The notes below the pieces were generated by a model. The model saw only the letters and a program-made list of their open reading frames with translations. It did not search any database and was not told the DNA's origin. Source: Candidatus Xenobia bacterium (GTDB lineage: Bacteria; Vulcanimicrobiota; Xenobia; Xenobiales; QWHO01). From it: a DNA stretch of 64,000 bases. The stretch covers positions 1 to 64,000 of the forward strand of contig BTUM01000006.1 of assembly GCA_045863235.1 (NCBI GenBank), given 5' to 3'. The position numbers and the translations under genes were made by a program. Below are positions 1 through 7,500 of this stretch, piece by piece (the stretch's first letter is position 1; every line of letters starts with the position of its first letter).

Positions 1-405
1 CGTGTTCGCCCTGGTGGCCCGGAGCCAGGTTTGCGGAGGTCTCCCATTCCGGCCGATCCAAGCAGAGGTTTGTCCCGTCGGGTACGAATCCGCGTTCGCC
101 CCGGTGGCCCGGAGCCATGTGCGCAGAGGTAAAGTCCGAACAGACGTTTGTCCCCGCCGGGTACGAGCCCGTGTTCGCCCTGGTGGCCCGGAGCCAGGTT
201 TGCGGAGGTCTCCCATTCCGGCCGATCCAAACAGGACGCTTGTCCCCGCCGGGTACGAATCCGTGCTCGCCCCGGTGGCCCGGAGCCAGGTGCGCAGAGG
301 TCCAGTCCGAACAGACGTTTGTCCCCGCCGGGTACGAATCCATGTTCGACTCCGGAGCCAGGTTTGCAGAAATCTCCCACTCTCCGCCGGGTGCGAGTTC
401 GTCCC
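1..405. repeat. Tandem array of a ~53-bp palindromic core with two alternating linkers (higher-order period ~170 bp); truncated by the window start
   Basis: Core TTTGTCCCCGCCGGGTACGAATCCGTGTTCGCCCCGGTGGCCCGGAGCCAGGT, with variants, at <1-30, 69-120, 147-199, 239-291 and 318-363, plus a degenerate piece at ~384-404. Linker A (TTGCGGAGGTCTCCCATTCCGGCCGATCCAA...) alternates with linker B (GCGCAGAGGT..AGTCCGAACAGACG). Positions 1-61 recur identically at 170-230. Confidence 0.9.
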
Positions 406-466
406 TGTGTCCCAGACCGAACCCGCCAGGCCCCGCCAGGCTCAATCCCGGGGACAGGCGTGAAGC

Positions 467-925
467 TTAGAAGAACAACCAGGGCTGGGCCGGTACGCCG
501 GTCAACTTCTCTTGAGCCTGGTCGAGGTGGCGCAGGAACTGCACCTGCTCTCTGGTGTCGGACTTGAGGCGCTGCTCCCAGCCCTCCAACCCCTTGTGGC
601 TCACGTAGAAAGCGCCCGCCACTGCGGCCGTGGCCACGGCCGGCCCCAGCGCCCCGGTGCCGCCCATGGCGCTCAGGAGCTTGACGGCCGCCACGATGCC
701 CACGCCGAAGGCAGCGCCTCGGGTCATGGCGCTGCCGGTGCCGGCCAGGGCGGTTTTGCGCCCGAGGCTGTTGAGCTGGCTGAAGCCTTCCTTGCGAATC
801 GAGTCCAGGTCGGACCCGGGTGTGGCTTCCAGACGATCGGTGTAGCTGTAGCCGGTCGGGGTCTCCGGCTCGGAGACCGGCGTGTACTTTTCCAACTGGG
901 CCCTGGTGACGACAGAAACTTGCAT
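467..925 (-). CDS. Hypothetical membrane protein (two hydrophobic Gly/Ala-rich segments)
   Basis: 152-aa ORF with ATG start and natural composition; hydrophobic stretches GAAFGVGIVAAVKLL and ALGPAVATAAVAGAFYV; divergent from comB. Confidence 0.6.
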   Translation of the reverse strand: MQVSVVTRAQLEKYTPVSEPETPTGYSYTDRLEATPGSDLDSIRKEGFSQLNSLGRKTALAGTGSAMTRGAAFGVGIVAAVKLLSAMGGTGALGPAVATAAVAGAFYVSHKGLEGWEQRLKSDTREQVQFLRHLDQAQEKLTGVPAQPWLFF

Positions 926-981
926 GCTGACAGTCTGCCGGAAGGACCAGAAAGAAGCCTGAAACGAACTGGGCCTCTCGA

Positions 982-1752
982 ATGAGCTATGCCAGCCTGG
1001 AGGTGCTCTTTTCTCCAGCTGATTTCGCCGCCCTGAAGGGGCGCGATCTCAGCTCGGCGGTGGCGGTGGTGTTCGACGTGTTGCGAGCTACCAGCTCGAT
1101 CGTGACGGCCCTGGCCCACGGGGCAGAAGCGGTCATCCCGGTGCAGGAGATCGAGCAGGCCAACTCCCTGGCCCGGGAAGAGCCTGCTTACCTGCTGGCC
1201 GGAGAGCGCCACGGGCTGCGGCTGCTGGCCCACCAGACCGGGCAGCGCGACTTCGACCTGGGCAACTCCCCTCGCGAGTTCCAGCCGGAGATCGTGGCCG
1301 GGCGCACCATCGTCATGACCACCACCAACGGCACTCGTGCCTTGCAGGCCTGCTCGCACGCCCGGGCGGTTCTGGTGGGCTCGTTCTTGAACCTGACCGC
1401 CACGGCCCGGGCCCTGTCGCAAGCCCCGGCCGAGCAGCTGCTGCTGGTCTGCGGAGGCACTTTCGAGGAACTGGCCTACGAGGACGTGCTGGGAGCGGGT
1501 GCCCTGGCAGAACTGCTCGGCGAGCAGGCCCCACTTTCCGACTCGGCCCTGATCGCCCGCCAGATCTGGCGTGGAGCCGAGTCCGATCTGCTGGCGGCCC
1601 TGGCCCTGTCGAGAAATGGCCGGCATCTCCTGGGCCAGCCAGCCCTGGCCCAGGACGTGGCCTATTGCGCCCAGATTGACCGCTTCCCCGTGGTGGGCCG
1701 GATGCGGGCCGGCCGAGCAGAGTCGAGCAGGCCGGGGGCCTCGCTGACCTGA
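982..1752 (+). CDS. comB: 2-phosphosulfolactate phosphatase (ComB family)
   Basis: Motifs VVFDVLRATSSI, LAGER, FDLGNSPRE, MTTTNGT, ED.LGAG. Confidence 0.9.
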   Translation: MSYASLEVLFSPADFAALKGRDLSSAVAVVFDVLRATSSIVTALAHGAEAVIPVQEIEQANSLAREEPAYLLAGERHGLRLLAHQTGQRDFDLGNSPREFQPEIVAGRTIVMTTTNGTRALQACSHARAVLVGSFLNLTATARALSQAPAEQLLLVCGGTFEELAYEDVLGAGALAELLGEQAPLSDSALIARQIWRGAESDLLAALALSRNGRHLLGQPALAQDVAYCAQIDRFPVVGRMRAGRAESSRPGASLT

Positions 1753-1829
1753 AGCGGACTCGGCAACCGTGTGAGGAAAATTCTTCCCTTGTCGCGGCGC
1801 GATCCGCAGCCTGCGAACAGTTTTTGGGG

Positions 1830-1858
1830 TTGACACCCTGCACGGCATGGTTTAGATT
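1830..1858 (+). promoter_or_regulatory. Sigma70-type promoter
   Basis: TTGACA (1830-1835), 17-nt spacer, TAGATT (1853-1858). Near-consensus in a very GC-rich background and points into a non-coding structured region. Confidence 0.75.
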
Positions 1859-1864
1859 GCCGAA

Positions 1865-2506
1865 GTCGACGGCGACGTCGACCGAATCGGAAAGCGAAAC
1901 ACCGACGCACCGCACGAGCGAAATCGTGAGGCGGGCTGCCAGAGACCGATACCTGGCAGGGGTTGCATCCAGACCCGAGTGGTGCCGCGGCGTCTCGGCC
2001 GCGAGAATATCGAGACAGGCCTGGACGAGGCAACGGGACCGCGAGGAGAAGCAGCACCGCAAGGTGCCCCCGGGGCAACGAACCAGGAGGGGCCGGTGAG
2101 GATGGGGCCGGCTGCCCGGCGCAAGTCGGGCTGAGACCCCGCAGCTTCGGTTGCGGGCGCTCCGAAGAGCGAAAGACTCGGCGGGCTGTCGGCCGTGACC
2201 GACAGGGGTATGCGTCCCGACCTCAGCGACGCCGCAGACAGGCTTCGACTGCGAAACCAAAGAGAAGCGCGCTCCGGGCTGCGAGAAGTTCGGCGGGCTG
2301 TCGGGTCCGATACCGACAGGGGTGCGTGCTCACCGCAGCGCGCCGCAGTGTCTCGACTGCGCTACCATCGAGGCGGGCCTGGAACCAGGTCGGGACCGCG
2401 AGGAGAAGCGTCGGCGCGAGCCGGCCACCGACTGAAGGTTGCACCAGGAGTGTCCGGTGAGGTTGGAGCCGGGCCACGAAAGCCACCCTTCGAGGTGGCT
2501 TTCGTG
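1865..2506 (+). ncRNA. Putative large structured non-coding RNA with three internal repeated modules (family unrecognised)
   Basis: Bounded by a promoter and a 13-bp terminator hairpin. Many GNRA/UUCG-capped hairpins on the + strand. Three copies of GCGGG-CTG..CAG-GGG with compensatory stem changes, repeated pseudoknots, and an identical 19-mer CGGGACCGCGAGGAGAAGC at 2034-2052 and 2391-2409. No credible ORF. Confidence 0.75.
2475..2506. terminator. Probable bidirectional intrinsic terminator
   Basis: Perfect 13-bp inverted repeat CACGAAAGCCACC-cttcga-GGTGGCTTTCGTG between the putative ncRNA and the convergent gene ending at 2511. Confidence 0.75.
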
Positions 2507-2510
2507 CATG

Positions 2511-3341
2511 TCAGGAGAGCCCGTACTCCTGGCGGGCGTGCTCGAGCAGCACCGTGCCCGAAGTGATCTTTTGCTCGGCTTCGGCCACCATGGGAAGCGC
2601 CCGGCCGAGAACGTAGGGGTCCAGGTTGTAGCCTCGGGCCAGGCGACAGGCCTCCTGGAGCTGGCGAAGGCCGCTGATCACCTGGTCCAGGCCCATCAGG
2701 TAGTGCTCGATCTCAAAGCGCGGCAGGTGGGTCAGGTCGGCCATCTCGTTGCCGACATCCAGCCCCAGCGCCTTCATCTGCTGGCTGAAGACCATGGTGT
2801 TGATCTCTTGCGACTTGACCTTTCGGCACAGCTCCTCGAAGCGTTGGCAGGCGGCGTGCCGTTTGGCCTGGCCGAGCCGGAACGGGGCTTGAGCCTCTTG
2901 CTGGCGCTGCTCCCACAGCCCCCGCTCCATGGCCAGGTGGCGCCCACACTGCTCGCAGTTGGAGACCCACAGGGGATTGACATGCGAGCACTGCGAGCAG
3001 GTCAGCTCGAAGCTCAGCTTCGGCCCGGCGGTCAGCTCCTCGACCCGTTTCTGCAGGGCTGAGAGGTAGCTTCTGACGGTGGTCAGCTCGCGCTCGAGGT
3101 TGGCTTGCAGCGAGCCGAGATAGGCCCGCAGCTCTTCTTCGGAAAGCCCGTGGGCGGCTACCAGCTCGGCCATCCTCTCGTGGTTGGTCAGAGCCTCGCG
3201 CACGGCCGCCAGATACTCCTGGCAGCTGGCCCCGGCCTGGCGACCGCGTACCGTCTGCATGGCTCTCTCGGCCGCTTGCGAAGCGTCTTGTCCGCCCGTG
3301 GCCCCTCCCAAAAGACCCTGCATCAGCGCCTTCCAGCTCAT
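2511..3341 (-). CDS. Hypothetical protein with coiled coil and zinc ribbon
   Basis: Start MSWKAL at 3341 overlaps the upstream stop (TGATG coupling); CSQC-x10-CEQC motif. The first ~230 codons of the 2511..4034 ORF are a shadow of the DUF1152 gene. Confidence 0.7.
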   Translation of the reverse strand: MSWKALMQGLLGGATGGQDASQAAERAMQTVRGRQAGASCQEYLAAVREALTNHERMAELVAAHGLSEEELRAYLGSLQANLERELTTVRSYLSALQKRVEELTAGPKLSFELTCSQCSHVNPLWVSNCEQCGRHLAMERGLWEQRQQEAQAPFRLGQAKRHAACQRFEELCRKVKSQEINTMVFSQQMKALGLDVGNEMADLTHLPRFEIEHYLMGLDQVISGLRQLQEACRLARGYNLDPYVLGRALPMVAEAEQKITSGTVLLEHARQEYGLS

Positions 3342-4294
3342 CAGTAGGGGATCGCCTCCCAGGCCCGGAGGGGGGGATACTGCTTGCGAAATTCGTGCAC
3401 CACCCGCTCCACGTCGCTGTAGCTGCGCGTCTGGATCAGCTCTTTGAGGTAGAGGCAGCGGCGCGCCACGGCGTCCACCTCGTAGGACCAGTACATGCTC
3501 ATCAGGGGGCTGATGAAGAGGCGCGAGCCTTTCGTGCGCCAGGTGCGGTGGTGGTCGCCGAAGTGCCCCTCCAGGGCTGAGGCGACGGAGTTGGAGACCA
3601 CGCTGGGTGAGCCGGCGATGGCTGCGGTGGCGTAGTCCACCGCATCCAGGAAGAGGCGCGACTCGGCCATCTCCGGCAAGAGCGAGAAGGCACCCAGAAA
3701 GCCGCCCCTTTTCTGTAGGGCAGCAGAGTTCTCCAGAAACTGGGCGTGGCACACGCCGTCGAAAGTGTCCACCCCGAAGCCGAGGCAGCTCAAGACCTTG
3801 CAGGGCAGCTTCAGGCTGTGCACCGCGGCGATGCTGGCCAGGTCCTCTTGAGGGGTTCCCAGACCCACTTCGTCGCCTCTCATCAGGCTGTCGGTACCGC
3901 CGTCGGCGAGCACCACGGCGTCGATCTCGAGCCGGTCCACCAGCTTTGTCCAGGCGTCGAGCAGCGTCACCACGCCGGTGCGCTGGAAGCAGTAGATGCT
4001 CACCTCTTCGCCTCGCTTGCGAAACCACTGGCACAGCACGCGCTCGGGGAAATACTCGTCCGAGCCCTGCGTGTCTGCATCCACCTCGGTCACCGCCAGA
4101 GCCAGGCGTTTGCCCACCTCCGGGGTCAGGGAGGCGAAGGACATGTTGCCCAGGAACACGGCCTCAACGCGTGGCTTGAGGTAGAAGTAGAGGGGCAGGC
4201 CGACGTAGAGGTCAAAGCCCCCGCCGGCGCCTGAGATCAGCACCCGGCGCGCGCCGGCGAGTCGCTGCAAGACGGGGGGAACGCCCAGGTCCAC
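3341..4294 (-). CDS. DUF1152 domain-containing protein
   Basis: GAGGGFD, YFPE, DGGTDSLMRGDE.GLGTP.ED, LGFGVD, LFISPLMS.YW motifs; GTG start at 4294 inferred. Confidence 0.85.
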   Translation of the reverse strand: MDLGVPPVLQRLAGARRVLISGAGGGFDLYVGLPLYFYLKPRVEAVFLGNMSFASLTPEVGKRLALAVTEVDADTQGSDEYFPERVLCQWFRKRGEEVSIYCFQRTGVVTLLDAWTKLVDRLEIDAVVLADGGTDSLMRGDEVGLGTPQEDLASIAAVHSLKLPCKVLSCLGFGVDTFDGVCHAQFLENSAALQKRGGFLGAFSLLPEMAESRLFLDAVDYATAAIAGSPSVVSNSVASALEGHFGDHHRTWRTKGSRLFISPLMSMYWSYEVDAVARRCLYLKELIQTRSYSDVERVVHEFRKQYPPLRAWEAIPY

Positions 4295-4501
4295 TTGAGA
4301 GGGATTCGACCCGGGCCGCACTCCAGCCTCTTTTCAGCTTGCGTGCGTGGTCTGGCGCGCAAGATGACCGAACGCCCTGGCCTGATCGGCCGAGAGGGCG
4401 TCAGGCCCTGCGGGCGAAAACTGGCCAGCCGAAAGATCCCCGAAAGGTCGCTGAGGCATACTCAGGCCAACCAAATCCGCTCCTGGAGGAGGGCCCCTCG
4501 C

Positions 4502-7500
4502 ATGGCGATGAATCCGATCCAGCCTGGCTCCGGACCCCTGACCCCGACCCGGCCCCTGGAGAGCGATCCCGCACCAGCCTCGCCCGGGGGCTCGGGCCAC
4601 CTGGCCACCCAGATGGCTGTGAACGATCAGGCCAGGAGCCTGCTCTTCAACTGGGTGGCCGAGCTGGCCGGGCCGATGCCGAGCGAGCCCGAGTTTCTCG
4701 CCCTGCTGGAAGCGGCCGGCCTCCAACCTCAAGCGAGCTCTTTCTCCGCAGCCCTGGCTCTGATCACCCGCAAGCGAGGCTACGGCCTCCCGCCGTTCGA
4801 TGAGCTGCCCGCCGAGCTGAGGAGCCGCCTGCCGCGCGGGGAATACGAGCGCCTGCGCCAGGCTCTGCCGAAGCTGGGCCTGGCCTCGAATGCTCAGTCT
4901 CTCCTGCTGACCGGGTTTCTCTTGTGGATGGGCTACGCTCCTGACGCGATCCTGTCTCTCCTGAGCGTGGCTCAGAGCCACTCGATGCTTCCCCCGCGTC
5001 CCGAGGCTCCTGGCGGCTCGACTCCGGCAGCTGACGGGGGCGCCGCCCCGGCCTCCGCGTTGCCGCCTCCGGCAGCTGACGGGGGCGCCCCGGCTTCCCC
5101 GGCTCCCCCCGCGGCCGCGCCGCCTCCCGTCCCTCCCAGCTCCCCGGGAAATCTGGCCTCCCAGCACCAGGCCCTGCTCGAGCAAAAGCGCGCGGCCGAG
5201 GCCAGCGTGAGCGCTGCCGAGCAAGAGCTGGCGACCCTCAGGACAGAGCTGGCCAACCGCATGACCGCCATGCAGAGCGAGCTCGGGGACGACCCCAACG
5301 CGCGCAGGGCTTCCGAGGAGGCCCAGCGCACCTACCTCGAGGCCCGCGAGCAGAGCACCCAGAGCAAGGCCGCTCAGGCCGAAAAGCAGGCCCAGAAGAC
5401 CGAGCTTGCCGGGGAGATTCCCGTCCAGGAGCAGGCTCGTCAGCAGGCCACCGATGCCCGCGATCAAGCTCAGCAGACTATCGAGTCAGCCTCGGACGAG
5501 ATCGCGGGTCTGGAGGGCGAGCTGGCCTCGGTGCAGGAGGACCCTGAGAATCCGGGCGCGGCTGCCTCCGAGCGCGACCGGCTGCGCTCTCTCCTGAACG
5601 GGGCTCGCCAGCGCAAGCGTGATGCCGAGCGCCGTAAGGCCGAGGCCGAAGCCCGACTCGCGGCCGCCAACGAGCGCCTGACCGCGCTCCACGATCAGAT
5701 CGCCCGCCTGGAGACCGAGCTGGCCGAGCTGGCGACCTCTATCCAGGAGGCTGACGAGCGCGCTCGCCTGGCCCTGGAGCAGATGGACGCCGCTCGCGGT
5801 GTGCCTCCCGGCACGACCGCGGCCCAGATCGCCGACCTCGAGACCCGGCTCGCCGCGGCCGAGGAGCGCCTGCTCCAGGCTCGGGCCGAGTTGGGCCGGA
5901 TCGATGCCGAGATCGCCGGGATCGAAGCCAGGCTGGCGGCCGAGGAGAGTGCCCGCCAGGCTCGGGAGGCAGCCGCTCGGGACACGGCTCCGGAGGTCGG
6001 GGACGGGGGAGCGGCCTCGAGTCTGGACAGCGTGCTGGGCGGAGTCGATGAGCAGGATCGGGCCGACGGGCTCAACTGCCTGGAGGCCTCCCTGGTGTAC
6101 GCCGAGGAGAACGAGCAGGACGTGCTGCTGCTGGAGGACCCCGATCTGGATCCTGACCAGGCCGAGGGAGAGACGCTCACCCACCACGCGGTCGTGGTCA
6201 ACAGCCAGGGCATGGTCACGTTCGACGGCTCGCGGCCGCTGATCCCACCGGTCCCTGTGGAGACCTACGTCAACACGAGCGGATACCAGCGCTTCAGCAG
6301 CCAGCAGGGGGTGGAGGTCGGCCCGGTGCCGCCCTCGTTCCTCACCGATGCCGAGCTGAGGGCCCGGGCCCTGGCTCCTGGCGGGGCTCTGGACGGGGTG
6401 CCCGCCGGGGCCGTGTTCCGCGACCCGCCTGTCCAGGTTCCCGAGCGCTTCCCCACCGAGCAGGCCCTGCCCGACGACAACGTCCCGCCAGTGGAGCCGC
6501 CGGTCTATCGCGTGGACCTGAGCGACCCCAACCTGCCACCCTACCTGGCCGACCAGATCCAGGCCGCCAATTCGATGGCCGGGGCCCTCGGGCTGGGATC
6601 GGGCGTGAGCCTGGACCCCAGCGGCCAGTACGCCTATGTGAACGCCGAAGGGATCCTGGTGCAGGTGACCCCGCAGGGCGTGGTGCCTTACGGCAGCGGA
6701 CCCTCGGTCTTGCAGATCTTCGATGGCGTGAGGATGGACAACCCCGTGGCCGTGCAGCAGGCCCTCGACAGGGCGGCGGAGTTGACGGGCCAGGGCGCCC
6801 GAGTCCTGCCTGGCGTCGACCAGCCGCTGACCGCCGAGCAGGTTGCCGAGCTGCAGTCCCTGGGCTACACCGTGGCCGTGGTGGACACGGCCGCCTGGAG
6901 CGCGTCCGCCTGCCGGCCCCTGGATGACCCGGGCCTGGTGACCAGCACCGGACAGCGGGGTGGCTCTGCCAGTGTCTACCTCTTGATCGGAGGACCCGAG
7001 CTGGACGAGCCGGCTGCCATCGAGACGGGCACCGCCGCGGTGCTCTTCAGCCAGGAGGCCTCTCAGAGCCAGGTCCAGCAGTTCGTTGATTTTGTCAATC
7101 ACCGGCAGTATCAGGACCCAGTTCTGAACGTGCGCATGCAGCGGGTGCTGACCGATATCGAGCAGTATGGCTCGCTGGAGGAGGCCTGGGCCGCCGTCAT
7201 GGAGATCGAGGCCCGGGCCGCCGGCACCGTGCGGGTGGGCCCGGAGGTCGACTGCCCGGTCCCCTCCCAGACCGTCACGCCGCAGTGGACCCCCCCCGCC
7301 TCCTTCGACGAGCGCACCAATGACCTGGACTTCGAAGGCCTGCGCATCGACGCCGGCGGAGGACGCGTCGAGCTGGGAGAGGGCTTCGAGGCTGTCGGGG
7401 GCAGCGGCGGGCTGGTCTACGATGAGAACGGACAGCCCGGCTACGCCTATGAGAACGTCAACACCGGCCAGGTCGTCTACGTGTTTGGCGCCCGCCAGGT

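Noticed and set aside
1..405. CRISPR array
   Set aside because: The intervening sequences are two recurring linkers rather than unique spacers, the repeats are ~53 bp and degenerate, and no cas genes are in the window.
2..567. ORFs 2..463, 117..470 and 148..567
   Set aside because: They are read-throughs of the DNA repeat; the same peptides appear in different frames because the periods do not keep frame.
2030..2410. SRP RNA (ffs), from the resemblance of CGGGACC-GCGA-GGAGAAGC to helix 8 (CAGGUCC-GGAA-GGAAGCAGC)
   Set aside because: The near-invariant CAGG/AGCA internal loop is not matched, one nucleotide is missing, the motif occurs twice and the long SRP rod is absent. Distant relatedness cannot be excluded without cmscan.
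1865..2506. RNase P RNA, tmRNA, group I/II intron, pistol/HDV/hammerhead ribozyme or tandem riboswitch
   Set aside because: No GAGGAAAGUCC, no tRNA-like GGGG..CCA ends, no domain V and no hammerhead core. The pseudoknot linker is too short for pistol, and no same-strand gene lies downstream to regulate.
1824..2566. Short ORFs across the ncRNA interval
   Set aside because: Arg/Ala/Gly-rich shadow-type translations without RBS or motifs; conservation between the repeats follows base pairing, not codons.
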